Assembly: GCF_006345805.1 (NCBI RefSeq)
Contig: NC_043002.1
Span: 42,160,001 to 42,224,000, forward strand
Source of the DNA: Octopus sinensis
Lineage: Eukaryota
Length of the DNA stretch: 64,000 nucleotides
Reading direction: 5' to 3'
Both the position numbers and the translations under genes were made by a program. The notes under the pieces were generated by a model, which was given only the letters and a program-made list of their open reading frames with translations, made no database searches and was not told the DNA's origin. Positions 39,538-53,029 of this stretch are shown here, one piece after another (positions within the stretch are counted from its first letter, which is position 1; each line of letters begins with the position of its first letter).

Positions 39538-39765
39538 CTCTTTACTCTTTTACTCTTTTACTTGTTTCAGTCATTTGACTGTGGCCATGCTGGAGCACGC
39601 TGTTAGTCAAGCAAATTGACCCCAGAACTTATTCTTTGTAAGCCTAGTACTTATTCTATCGGTCTCTTTTGCCGAACCGCTAAGTTACGGGGGCGTAAAC
39701 ACACCAGTGATGTTGAAGGGACAAACACAGACACACAAACGCGCGCACACACACACACAAACGCG

Positions 39766-39797
<32 letters not shown>

Positions 39798-39945
39798 CAT
39801 ATATATGGCGGGCTTCTTTCAGTTTCCGTCTACCAAATCCACTCACAAGGCTTTGGTCGGCCCGAGGCTATAGAAGAAAACACTTGCCCAAGGTACCACG
39901 CAGTGGGACTGAAGCAAGCTACTTACCACACGGCCACTCCTGCAC
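39538..39945 (-). mobile_element. SINE family B, near full length
   Basis: (ACTCTTTT)n tail, GCCGAACCGCTAAGTTACGGGG, internal (CA)n, CCAAGGTACCACGCAGTGGGACTGAA head. Confidence 0.92.
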
Positions 39946-40547
39946 CTATGTGTGGGAGAAGCTAGTTATGTTTGTATGTAGTATCTGTCACCCTCTCTCT
40001 TCCTCTCTCCTCTTTCCCTCCCTCTTCCTCCCTCCCCCTATCTCTTCTTACCTCTCTCTATCTGAATGCGTATATTTTTTGCGCGCACGCCTCTTTTCCT
40101 CCAGTACCAAAACACGTTAAATGTCCCGGCTGTTGTGCCAAGTCGGCAGCGATCCGACGTCGTTCGCGCCTAATCGTTTCATTCCGCCGAGGGATTCAGT
40201 CTCGGAGAACAACTTCAACAACTTCTATAAGATTGTGAAAAATACAGCATATCCGGAATAATCTCAGTAAACTGTGAAACTTAGCGGATAGTTTATTTAA
40301 TGTAGATGGGAAGGATGACGAGTAAATTCAATCATGACGGAAAGGTACTATCACGTGTTATAAAGTAAGTTGAGAGTGGTGATGTCTGCCTCGTGATTAG
40401 CTTTATGTAAGTCGAGATCGTGGCCTGACTTTGATTCAGGCTTGATATAAATATATTTCATGAACGTGTTAATATGTCACTGGGAAAGCATGAAAGCCGT
40501 CTGATCTCCGCTCGAAAATATGACTGTTTTAATCAGTAAAAATCATT

Positions 40548-41242
40548 AAAGAGAGAAAGCGAGAAGGAAAGAAAGAAAGAAGGAAGGAAAGAAAGGAGAA
40601 AAGAAAGAAAGCAAGAAAGAAAGAAGGAAAGAAAACGAAAAGAAAGAAAACAGAAAGAAAGAAAGAAGACAAGAAAGAAGAAGAAATGAAAGAAAGAAGA
40701 AGAAATGAAAGAAAGAAGAAAAGAAAGAAAGAAGAACAGAAAGAAAGAAGAAGAAAAGAAAGAAGAAGAAGAAAAAAGGAAGAAAGAAAGAAAGAAGAAC
40801 AAAAGAAGAAAGAAGAAGAAAAAAGAAAGAAAAAAGAAAGAAAAATGAAGAAAGGAAAAAGAAAGAAAGAGAAAGAAGAAAGAAGAAAAGAAAGAAGAAC
40901 AAGAGAGAAAGAAGAAAGAAAGATAAGAAGAAAAAGAAAAAAAGAAATAAAGAAGAAAGAAAGAATAGAAAGAAAAGAAAGAAGAGAAGAAAGAAGAAAA
41001 AGAAAGGAAAGAAGAAAAAAAGAAAAAAGAAGAAAGAAAGAAAAAAGAAAAAGAAAAAGAAAAGAAAGAAAGAGAAAAGAAAGAAAGAATAAGAAAAGAA
41101 AGAAAGAAAGAAAGAAGAAAAGAAGGAAAGAAAGAAAGAAGAAAAGAATGAAAGAAAGAAGAAAGAAAGAAAGAAAAAAAGAAAGAAAGAAAGAAAGAAA
41201 GAAGAAAAGAATGAAAGAAAGAAAGAAGAAAAGAAAGAAGAA

Positions 41243-41276
<34 letters not shown>

Positions 41277-42010
41277 AAAGAAGAAGAAAAGAAAGAAAGA
41301 AGAAGAAAAGAAAGAAGAAGAAAAGAAAGAAAGAAGAAGAAAAGAAAGAAGAAGAAAAGAAAGAAAGAAAGAAGAAAAGAAAGAAAGAAGAAGAAAAGAA
41401 GAAAGAAAGAAGAAAAGAAAGAAAGAAGAAAAAAAGAAAGAAGAGAAGAAAGAAAGAAGAAAGAAAGAAAGAAAGAAAGAAGAAGAAAAGAAAGAAGAAA
41501 GAAGAAAAGAAAGAAGAAAGAAAGAAAGAAAGAAAGAAAAGAAAAAGAAAGAAAGAAAGAAGAAAAGAAAGAAAGAAAGAAAGAAGAAAAGAAAGAAAGA
41601 AGAAAAGAAAGAAGAAAAGAAAGAAGAAAAGAAAGAAGAAAGAAAAAGAAATAAAGAAAGAAAGAAGAAAAAAAAGAAGAAAAGAAAGAAGAAAATAAAT
41701 AAGAAGAAAGAAAGAAGAAAGAAAGAAGAAAAGAAAGAAGAAAAGAAAGAAAAGAAAGAAAGAAGAAGAGAAAGAAAGAAGAAAAGAAAGAAAGAAGAAA
41801 AGAAAGAAAGAAGAAGAGAAAGAAAGAAGAAAAGAAAGAAAGAAAGAAGAAAAGAAAGAAAGAAGAAAAGAAAGATGAAAAGAAAGAAGAAAAGAAAGAA
41901 GAAAAGAAAGAAAGAAGAAAAGAAAGAAACAAGAAAGAAAGAAGAAAAGAAAGAAAGAAGAAAAGGAAGAAAAGAAAGAAGGAAGAAAGAAAGAAGGGAG
42001 AAAGAAAGAA

Positions 42011-42041
<31 letters not shown>

Positions 42042-42071
42042 GAAAGAAAGAAAGAAAGAAAGAAGGAAGAA
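40548..42071. repeat. ~1.5-kb degenerate (AAAG/AAG/AAAAG)n homopurine tract
   Basis: The plus strand is almost entirely A/G with only sporadic C/T. Source of the spurious 544-aa and 322-aa ORFs. Confidence 0.97.
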
Positions 42072-44345
42072 TATAATAATAGTATAAAATTTGTAAATTG
42101 ATATATTATACCGTTACATACATATATATAGATTATTTTTTTTTCAATCTGTAAAGTGTCCATGTAAGCGACATCAGTTATACCTTTTGTTGTAAAAACT
42201 AGTGACGTTTGTTGTTTACTAAGGCTAGACCGATATGATAACAGTTATTATTGTTTATTGTTTGTGATTGTTATTGAGTTTTTTTGGGTTTTTTTTTGTT
42301 TTGCTTAACCCTATGTCACCCCTGAGACTGCGCACACGGATATATATAATCAAAACTGTTTTATCCATGACCCTCATATAGTCCTTTCTTTCTTTCTTTC
42401 TTTCTTTCTTTTAAGACTTAGTGTACCGAAAATTACGTTCAAGGGATATTTTAGCAGCAGACTGCGGCATTGAAGGTGGTAATTATTTGGTGGTGTTGAA
42501 AGATTTTAATATGCACAGCTTTATTTCTTCTCTTTGAGACCCAAATCTTTCGCCATTTACTTAAACTTAGCTTTGCTGACCAGAAGAATATGCAACAAAT
42601 ATTCTGGCCAACAGTCATGTGAAAGACATTCATTCCTCTTATCACTTAACGCCCAATGTCTCTCTATTGCTTTGACTAGTAACTTATCTCTACCGCTCAT
42701 CGAGTCCCCCCACCTACTTGATCGATTTCCGCAGGTTTCAAGTAATCTTTCTGTGAAACTTTGATTGCACACAACTCCTTTTGATTCTCGCATTCATTCT
42801 GCACCCAAACCTGGTACAGAAGCTGATTCAACCACCATTTTGAAACAGCATGCAAGATTTAGTATTCTCACCTACCCTTATCTCTGAACATACACAGACT
42901 CGCTTTCTCATTTTCATACCCAACCTCTATCCTGAAAGCACATTATTTCCTCCCCATCCCATTAGGTCGCCTGGTGATTGCCTCATCTTCCTTACAAACC
43001 ATGTAGTATTACAACTTACTCTCAGATCGCACCGTTACAGCAGTCTGTAAGGAAATTCTCTCTGATTCACATTATATAAACTTTGATGCACCTCACGTTA
43101 AGTTTTATCCTTCACACTGATCTTGTTTTGTATAACATAATTTCTTTTATTAGTCAAACAGTTTTACAAATGTAACCACCATTTATTATTACTCTTGAAT
43201 CCTCCACACATAAGCACCATCCACATACAACTAACACATCTCACGCGAATCCTTGCGTGAATAGAGGTGAACATCATCCAATGGGGTAGGCAACGAAAAC
43301 TTGGTAGTCTCACTGAATATTACAAAAGACAAAATTGTTACATAAATAAAGGAAACAATTCTGCACCGTAACTCCTTACACAAAGCCCTTGAAATTACTA
43401 AAAATACCAAGCCTCACAATCTCTCATGATCTCTCATGGCAGTCTCACACATATGACAGTGCCAAAACTGCATATGAAAAGCGAAACTTCTTTTTCAGTG
43501 CCTGAAAATCAAATTAAAATGTATATCTTAAAATAGACGTGTACAAGTATATTTAGGGAAACAATAATTGTATACGTGTGAGTATGAATATAAAGGTTGT
43601 ATGAGTACTTATATATAATTAATAAATTTGACTGGCAGCTATGTGGTCCCAGGTATGGTCCCACCGTGCGGTACACACCTAACGGTGGTTCTCCTTTGGC
43701 ATCGAGCTGACCAAAACCTTATGTATAGAACTTGGGAGGCCGTCATGAGTGCTTGTGCGCGCGTGTGTGTGTGTCTACACATCGACATAAATATATTTAT
43801 ATATATAGATATATACACTCATATATACGTGCATACACGTACGTACATACATACATGATATATACATGCATACATAAATATATGCATTATACATATACGA
43901 TACATACATGCATACTCTTTTACTCTTTTACTTGTTTCAGTCATTTAACTGCGGCCATGCTGGAGCACCGCCTTTAGTCGAGCTAATCGGCCCCAGGACT
44001 TATTCTTTGTAAGCATAGCACTTATTCTATCAGTCATTTTTGAACCGCTAAGTTGCCGAACCGCTAAGTTACGGGGACGTAACCACACCAGCATCGGTTG
44101 TCAAGTGATGGTGGAGGGAACAAACACAGACGCACAAACACACATACATACACACATACATACATACATACATACATACATACATACATACATACATACA
44201 TACATACATACATACATACATACTGCGTGTGTCTACTTTTGAGTTCCATTCACAAATATTTTGTCATATATATTGCGACTCAGCTAAAATGGTTTCAACA
44301 AAGAAGTATTTTTGTTATACTTGAGGCATTATTTCTGATATTATT

Positions 44346-44955
44346 TTGATAGAATTTATTTGAGCGTCGGACAAAATACTTAGTAGTATTTTTATGTTCT
44401 GAGTTCAAATTCCGCCAACATCGACTTTGCCTTTCATACTTTCTGGGTCGATAAAATAAGTACCAGTTGAGTACTGTGGTCGTTGAAATTAATATAGCCG
44501 TCACCAGAATTGCTGGCCTTGTGCCAAAATTTGAAAGCCAGGCTGCGAGCTAGCAGAATCGTTAGCACGCTGGGCGAAATGCTTAGCGGTATTTCGCCTG
44601 TCTTTGTGTTCTGAGTTCAAATTCCGTCGAGGTCGACTTTGCCATTCATCCTTTCGAGGTCGATAAATTAAGTATCAGTTGCGTACTGGGGTCGAGCTAA
44701 TCGACTGCCCACCCCACTTTCCAAAAAATTCGGGCCTTGTGCCTAGAGTAGAAAAGAATCGTTAGCACGCCGGGCGAAATGCTCAGCGGTATTTCGTCCG
44801 CCTTTACGATCTGAGTTTAAATACAGCCGAGGTCAACTTTGCCTTTCATTCTTTTGGGTTCGATAAATTAAGTACCAGTGGAATACTGGGGTTCGATGTC
44901 ATCGGCTAGTCTCTTCTCCGAAAATTCCAGGCTTTGTGCCTTTAGTAGTAAGAAT
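44346..44955 (+). mobile_element. Head-to-tail array of three SINE family A copies ending in (ATT)n
   Basis: Three cores at ~44400, ~44615 and ~44820. Confidence 0.9.
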
Positions 44956-44969
44956 TATTATTATTAGTA

Positions 44970-45010
<41 letters not shown>

Positions 45011-45569
45011 GAGTGAGAGAGCAGTTCATGCCATCAAAGTGACACTGGGGTAAAATATACGAAGCCCAATATACCCATCATGACTACCCGTCTGATAAGG
45101 GTACACCAGGCACATGCATCATAACCATATGTGCGCGACATGGTGATCTCATATCAAGATAAACAGCACATGACCTTGCAGGTGGGGCCCAGTTAGAATT
45201 TTCTTCAGGTTGAGTAGCCCATCCCGCTCAAAAGGTCCCTGAATAAGGATTGTTTAAGGATGTTAAAAGAGCCACCCATGTTTCCAGAGGTGAATTATTC
45301 AAACCCCCAAAGAATCCCTCTCAACACATGGCTATGATGCTCCCCCACTACTTCTGCTCGTGATCAGAGATGCACATATCGTCAGCCACTAAGGGACATG
45401 CTCAACTGGTTAAGGTCAAACAACTGACAAGCAAATCTGTGGTATTGAGCAGAATATTTGCTGTAGCCCATCTTTTATACCAAGACAAAACAATGTACGT
45501 GATAACACTTCCAATCAGTTAAGATCAGAAGCCATGAGAGCCACTGCCTGGTACTGCATCGGGGCATTT
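45011..45569 (-). mobile_element. ~560-bp interspersed repeat embedded between two (TAT)n tracts; probable retroposon 3' segment with an (AAT)n tail
   Basis: Complex non-coding sequence bounded by (ATT)n at ~44955-45010 and ~45570-45708. On the minus strand it ends CTCTCTCACTC-AATAATAAT. Recognised from memory as an abundant octopus repeat; not verified. Confidence 0.6.
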
Positions 45570-45708
<139 letters not shown>

Positions 45709-45871
45709 ATGTAAGCTGGGTAGAAATTGTACGTTGTCGAACATAAAACGATAAGCAAATTAAGCAATGTATCAATGCGTCCTCAGCCTACTAGCAGTCG
45801 CCTTTAAACTGGTCGTCCGTTTGGAAAATTCTCGTGGAGTCAGCAAATGAATCTGTTTGCTCTCGCTTTAC

Positions 45872-46158
45872 CTGCTGAGACACGAACTTCCAGCCCTAAC
45901 AATTAGATGCGGCACCAGCGAGTCTGTCACCATAGTTACGCAAACTTTGCTAGAGATGATGTCACTCTGCTACGAGTGCTAGTGCTGCTTGTGGTACTAG
46001 TGCGGCTGCAGTTGTCGACGTTGCTATAGTGGTTCGTACTGTGACCGTCTTTGCCGATTACTTTGGCTGAGTGGGCAATACCATTAAGATGAGAAATAAT
46101 TCATTCGGTCAATTTGAATGGCTCGGTCGTAATGGCAGTGTCCACCGCTGGTGTCTGT
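45872..46158 (-). other. Candidate non-coding or 5'-UTR exon
   Basis: Unique CpG-containing island with acceptor CCTTCTGTCTTTCTGCAACCGTAATTCAG| and donor CAGCAG|GTAAAG. All three frames contain stops. Confidence 0.3.
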
Positions 46159-46484
46159 CTGAATTACGGTTGCAGAAAGACAGAAGGTTAGGGGGAGAGA
46201 AACGAAAGAAAGAAAGAAAGAAAAGAAAAAGAAGAGAATGGATGAACAGAGACAAAAACAAACAGCGTGTGCATTTCTCTTTCCCTTCCCTCTCTTTCTC
46301 TCTATGTATGTATGTATGTATGTATGTATGTATGTATGTATGTATGTATGTATATATATATATGTATATATATTATATTATATATATATAATGTGTGGTG
46401 TGTGTGTGTGTGTGTGTATATATATGTATCTATATCATATATATACACACATATATATATACATATATATATATACATACATAC

Positions 46485-46543
<59 letters not shown>

Positions 46544-46978
46544 TGTGTGTGGGTGTGTGTTTGTGTATTTTAATTTTATTTTCATTTATGCAAACACATA
46601 CATAGATATATACTCATACCACTAAACGTACATACACAAGCATACGTATGTATTAAAAAATAGACTTGAATCAAATATAAAAGAAAACAATTATGCCGAA
46701 CTGATGAAAAATCTGCAGATATTACAACCGGATATAACTTTAGATTTATAAAGATAACTACTGGTACATTTATGCCTATAAGCTACATTTGCCATGCAAA
46801 ATAAGATAACTGGATCAACTATGCAGCTCTAAGAACTATCAAGTGAAAACCCCCGTGGACATTTTTTGAACTGAATCGAGACTTGTGCCAATTCTTCAAA
46901 TTGCTTAAGAAAATTCTTCGATCGATTACATGAAGAAGATGCATAACTATAACTGGTACTCCGTCGGTTTCGACGACG

Positions 46979-47275
46979 AGGGTTCCAGTTGATCCGATCA
47001 ACGGAACATCCTGCTCGTGAAATTAACGTGTAAGAGGCTGAGCACTCCATAGGCACATGTGCCATTAATTTGGTACTCAGGGAGACTCAGCGTGACGCAG
47101 AATGTGACAAGACCGGTCCTTTCAAATACAAGCACTACTCATTTTTGCCAGCTGAGTGGACTGGAGTAACGTGAACTGAAGTGTCTTGCTGAAGGACACA
47201 ACGCACCGCCGGGAATCGAACCAACGACCTTACGATCTTGAACAGAGTACCCTAACCATTAAACCACGTGCCTTC
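46979..47275 (-). mobile_element. SINE family C, alternative 3' tail, full length
   Basis: Reverse complement: GAAGGCACGTGGTTTAATGGTTAGG..GGTTCGATTCCCGG..TTGTGTCCTTCAGCAAGACACT..CAGCTGGCAAAAATGAGTA, then a tail different from the 61667 copy. Confidence 0.9.
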
Positions 47276-47599
47276 ACATAGTTACTGAGATGTATAATAC
47301 CAATGGAATACGAAGCATCTGTATCAGCTAGCTACAAACTTTGAGAAGATAAATGCAACATTTGGCAAGGAAAATCAACGATAAGATATGTCCAGCAAAT
47401 AACAGTGTCGAGAGCTCAATAGATCCTAACTTGTACAAAATTGCTAAAAGACGAACCACAATTGAACAAAATTGAGAAGAATATAGAAGCAAGTTTGTCA
47501 CCATTTCAAAGGTATCACCAGCCATCAGCCAGGTGTCATCCCTGTGACCTGGATTCGTTTCCAGTTCCCTCTGTATTGTATTGCATGAATAAAATCAGC

Positions 47600-47865
47600 C
47601 GGGCTCTTGTTTCCAGTATTTTCCTTGATGTTGTCAGTCAGCAAACGTCTGTGATGGCCTCTTGTCAGGGTGCTCTTGAGAGCATTGGGTCTTGGTGCGT
47701 TGTATGTTCAAAATATGAAAGCTTTGTAGATTTGAAGCTCAAGAATATATTTCTTTGAACTTCCAGCTTTTCTAGTACTGCAACATTTGTTACTCTGTCT
47801 TTCCAGCTTATTCTATCCAATCTACAAAAGACCCGCATCTCGAAGGCATCTATGGACACGCTTAC
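47600..47865 (-). mobile_element. RTE/RTEX-type LINE C-terminal fragment
   Basis: SIDAFEMRVFCRLDRISWKDRVTNVAVLEKLEV..KSTKLSYFEH (cf. RIDAFEMW..RISW...VTN.EVL..KLSYFGH). Confidence 0.8.
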
Positions 47866-48183
47866 GAGCAAACAGAAACGATTGATGGGTAAAAACAACT
47901 CAAAACATAACTCACAGCAAGAGAACTTCACTTTTCACGTTAACAAGGCATTAAATGAAAGAACGATGTTGACATTTGTCATTGGAACTAACTTTATATT
48001 ATCAGTGATTGATCAGTCGTTAGAGAACACCTAACGCAAATTGAAGCTCTCAGTTTTGGAGCATTGCATGTCTATGTTATTGCGTTGTGTAACAGTTACG
48101 ATCCATCGATAGACAGATTTAATCGAAATCGACCGAAATGGACGTACGACCAAAATAGATTACCTCTTTTTCTCCCCAAACAG

Positions 48184-48259
48184 CCGAGGCTTACTTAAAT
48201 GTTAAGCACAGACTGAACACAGGCTGCAAAATCACTGCGAAACAAACTACGTGTCATTA
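48184..48259 (+). other. Candidate exon
   Basis: Acceptor CCTCTTTTTCTCCCCAAACAG| and donor TTA|GTGAGT. One open frame, EAYLNVKHRLNTGCKITAKQTTCH, with no recognised homology. Confidence 0.25.
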
Positions 48260-48986
48260 GTGAGTAAGCTAGAAGAAAGAAAGGTGTTTGGGACTACGTT
48301 GCCTTATTAACAGACCTGTCCCTAAGGAAGCGAGGCAACGTTATTGAAGTCTATAGACAGAATGACTAGACAACTAAAAGGCGTTTGATTCCGCCCTTTA
48401 TTGCCGAGGTTTCATTGTCGTTAACCTTATGACTATCCAAATCATTTCCATAAGTCTGTCCGAAACGTCCATATTTGTTCACGGTCTTTTAGTTAGCCCT
48501 TATTTCATACGTTCTGAGTAAGTTCCAGATTACTTTCATAAGTCCCGAATTAATCTTGGTTGGAAAAAAATGGGAATGTGTATCGTTTATGATGCATGGA
48601 CTTCATGGAAATATGTCCTTTGTATCACGTGATACACATGACAAGCAAAGAGTCAAAAGATTGACAACAGCACGCTTCACACAGCTATCCCTATCAACTG
48701 AATCGACTACAAGTATCGCAAAGAGAATTAGGTTATTAACGGGGGGTGGGGTTCCAAGTTACATCTTGTCTGCATTGTTTGTTCGTATTTACTGTGAATT
48801 TCCCGTCAACTCTGTGAGGAAATACCAAAGAAATATGACAGGGTTTACAAAGAAGAGGAAACATTAATGATATCCATACCATTGTATGAAACACACGAAT
48901 TCTAAAACATTATGAGAAGAAATAACCTTCAGATATGGGGCGCCAAATCAAAAACTCTGCCAAGTTAACAAATAACTGTAAATTAT

Positions 48987-49193
48987 CGGTTCCAAAGACC
49001 AGCAATTTTGAGGAGATTGTAAGTCGACTATGTCGACGCCAGTACTCAACTGGTATTTATTTTTATCAACCCCGAAAGGATGAAAGGCAAAGTCAATCCT
49101 GGTGGAATTTGAACTCAGAACGTAAAGACGGACCAAATGCCACTAAGCATTTTGCCCGGTGTGCTAACAATTCTGCTAGTTCACTGCCTTATA
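48987..49193 (-). mobile_element. SINE family A with a 13-bp TSD
   Basis: AACTGTAAATTAT at 48974-48986 and 49194-49206 flanks the element. Confidence 0.88.
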
Positions 49194-49220
49194 AACTGTA
49201 AATTATTAATGTCTGTAAGT

Positions 49221-49845
49221 GCAGGCATGGCTATGTGGTTAAGAGGGTTGCTTAGTAGCCCCATGGTTTCGGGTTCAGTTCCAATGTGCAGTAACTTGTC
49301 CAGGTGTCTTCAGCAGTTCTTCGGTATTAGTACACGATGTCATTCACCCACACATACTTCCCTCGTGACAGATAAAGAGGCGAGGCTGAAAAGGACAGCG
49401 AATGGCATCGTCTCCTCATACCGACACTCTGTAACGCAATACTGAAGGATCGCTACGTCTTCTACTATAACTACAAGCCGATTAGTGTCTTGTGGATGAA
49501 TTCGGTAGACGGAAACTGTGTGGAAGCCTGTCGTATTTTCCACACACACACACACAGATACACAAACACAAATACGTACGTACGTACGTATGTATGTATG
49601 TATGTATGTATGTATGTATGTATGTATGTATGTATGGTGGGTATTTGTCCCCCACTCGCCGCTTGGCAACTGATGTTGGTTTGTTTAGGTCTCTGTAACT
49701 TAGTGATTCGGCAAAAAAAAACCCAAACAAACAGACAAAAAAAAAACAATAAATTAAATACCAGATTACTGATGTCGATTTGTTCCCATTAAACCCTTGA
49801 ATGCAGTGCCCCAGAATGGTCGCAATCCAGTGACTGAAACAAGAA
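49221..49845 (+). mobile_element. SINE family B, diverged, with extra internal sequence
   Basis: Head at 49221-49310, GGTAGACGGAAACTG at ~49504, internal (TATG)n, 3' module to ~49845. Confidence 0.75.
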
Positions 49846-50275
49846 TCCAGAGAAATATGTATCTGTCATCGTCGTCGTCGTCGTTATTGTTGTTGTTGTT
49901 GTTGTCAACGCCGCCATCGTTGCTATTTTTGTTGCTATTATTGTTGTTATTTTAGCACAAGAAGTCCAAAACGAGCAGACGTATATGATCAAAGGTTTGC
50001 GAAGCCTTTAGCAATTTGTCTTGTGCAATATGTAGAACTATATTGAACGCCGTGTTTTCCATCTTTTCAGATGCTGTGGTGCGATTTAATGGCGGTTTGG
50101 TTGGTATTTATGGCAAATAAATAAATACTTGAATAAATGAATAAGAAATAAATGCATAAATGAAAATTATTAATCTTGGTGAAACATTTTTCTCTCTCCT
50201 TTTCTCTAGGTTTATGTATATGTATATTATATATATTAATACGTATACATTATATTATAATATATTATATTATAT

Positions 50276-50310
<35 letters not shown>

Positions 50311-50729
50311 CTTTTAAGTCGATAGTCAACTAGTCCAACCTGAGAGTTGGAATTTACTATTTTTGAATATAAACAGATCAAAGCTTTGGCATGGCTTGCG
50401 TAAAAATAAATATATTTTTTGATCCGTGTAGGCAAGTGTGCTTGTTTACGAGTACATTTTACATCGATATATATATGTGTGTATGAATGTGTGTGTGTGT
50501 ATGAATGTGTGTGTGTGGTGTGTGTGTGTGTGCGTATGTTTGTGATCAGTCTATATGCATTTATTCGTTAATATTGAATCGCTGACAAAATACAGAACCA
50601 CAAAAGTGCAAAAATTCCTTTGTATCCGTCGAAGTATATTAACATCCAAGCATATGAGATCGGTTATTTGTGTGCAAGCATTTATATGTGCGCGCGCGTC
50701 TGTGAGTTTATAACCAATTTTTATTTAAT

Positions 50730-50953
50730 GTATATATGTTTGTATGCCAGTATGTATGTCTGTATGTATATATGTATGTATGTATCTATATATATATGTA
50801 TATATATATATATGTGTATATATATATGTATATATATATATGTATATATATGTTATATATATGTATATATGTATATATATGTATATATATAATATATAAT
50901 GTGTGTGTTGGTGTATATTATAATATATATATATGTTATATATATAATGTATG

Positions 50954-50994
<41 letters not shown>

Positions 50995-51098
50995 ATATTA
51001 TATATGTATGTGCATATATATATATAATATATATATATATGTGTGTATATATATATATATATATTATATGTATGTGTGTATATATATATATATATGTA

Positions 51099-51156
<58 letters not shown>

Positions 51157-51270
51157 AGAGTTTTTAACAACCTAATAACTCTATAGTGTAATTCGATTAA
51201 TAATTTTATATAGGTCAGGAAATTAACAATAGACAGACAGATAGACAGATATATATATATATATAGACAG

Positions 51271-51302
<32 letters not shown>

Positions 51303-51350
51303 TATAATAGAGAGAGAGGAGGAGAGAGAGAGAGAGGGAGAGAGAGACAG

Positions 51351-51409
<59 letters not shown>

Positions 51410-51410
51410 T
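50730..51410. repeat. Degenerate (TA)n/(TG)n microsatellite cluster
   Basis: Direct reading. Confidence 0.95.
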
Positions 51411-51924
51411 TTTAAATATAGACTTTATCGTATAACTAATATATAGTCTTTTTGACTAAATTTTTACGCTTAGACCCCTGGAAATGTAATTTTAATTAAT
51501 TTCCATTTCCCTTTGATATGATTAAATATTGTAAGTTTTTTGGGATAATTTACGGTTTTAAAAGTTGGCGGTTTTTTTTTTTTTTATTGCCGGCGAAGGA
51601 CTCCAGCTGCGCAGTGAATTTTGAAAAAGTTAGGACGTATAAACACCGGGCAAGTAGTTTTGATCGTCCCGTGTGTATACGTTTAACCCTATGTGGTCCT
51701 GCTGAAGAAGATTACACCTAGCGAGTTCCTTGACTCGCGAAACTAAAACCAGAAGCCAATTGGTCCAGGAAACTAGATGGTAAAATGTTTTTCATTTTTC
51801 AATTCGTTCCTGTCGAATTTTGTCCCTAATTTTTATGGTTATAGAACCTAGCTGTTCTTTCTAGCGTGTTGAATTCCTATAAGTGTATTCCTTATGTGTT
51901 TAAATATACACTATATCGTATGAC

Positions 51925-51962
<38 letters not shown>

Positions 51963-52190
51963 GGTATGTAGAAAAATACAACATGGACAAGAACGTATAA
52001 CTCATAGAAGACGATACAATAAACATGGACAGGACATTCGAACCCCTCAGTCTTCAGTCAAGAACCGGATCATCGTAGTAATTTCGGCTGATTAATCTTG
52101 AGATTACTAGATCACGGCCAGCCCTCCAAGAAAAACTAAGCTGGAAGCGTAGATTTCCTGGAAGAAGGATCGAATGCATACGAACACCAG

Positions 52191-52237
<47 letters not shown>

Positions 52238-52440
52238 GGCTTGTTTCAGTTTCCGTCTACCAAACCCTCTTACAAGACTTTGGTCGGCCCGAGGCTATAG
52301 TAAAGGACACTTGCACAAGGTGCCACGCAGTGGGATATAAAAGATATAAAAGTTAGGTTCATGTTTGAAGGAGATTACGTTAATATTTCTAGTGTGTCGA
52401 AAGAATATATAACGAAAACCTTATTGACTCAGTTTATATT

Positions 52441-52648
52441 GATTTCAAATTTTCGCACAAGGCCAGTGATTTCGAAGGAGGTGTAAATCAATGACATCAA
52501 CCCTAGTGTTCGACTGGTACTTATTTTATCGTCTACGAAGGGATGAAAGGCAAAGTCGACTTCAGCAGAACTCAGAACGTAATGACAGACGAAATGCCGC
52601 TAAACATTTTTCTCGGCATGTTAACGATTCTACGAGTTTGCCGGCTTA
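52441..52648 (-). mobile_element. SINE family A (diverged)
   Basis: GGATGAAAGGCAAAGTCGAC core and GCACAAGGCCAG tail. Confidence 0.85.
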
Positions 52649-52985
52649 GTTGACACACTTAATATTAGATAGCAAGCGATACGAATGACATTTGGCTGCT
52701 ATTTCTTGCAAATCGAATGACCATATAGAAGCTTACTTGTTAATTGGAGCCAGATGTGTTGTTGCTACTGTTGTTTTTCTGAAGCTGGTACAACTACCGC
52801 TGGTATTGCTGGAAGAGTTGTGACCTTCCCTGGAATAATGTATCCCAGAAAACCTTATCTAGCGTGACCCTTTTCCTATGGCGGTTTTGATCTCATTTGA
52901 GAGAAATTTAGCTACTATTTCCTACAGGTTGATCGGTCTATACAAGCTCCTTGGCTCAAGTCAAATAAGCTCAGGAAGTGATAGG

Positions 52986-52989
<4 letters not shown>

Positions 52990-53029
<40 letters not shown>

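Noticed and set aside
40529-42163. 544-aa (minus) and 322-aa (plus) ORFs
   Set aside because: Translations of the A/G-only tract; stop codons are compositionally almost impossible there.
42450-43050. Possible LINE relic or exon on the minus strand
   Set aside because: No diagnostic motif could be aligned in any frame.
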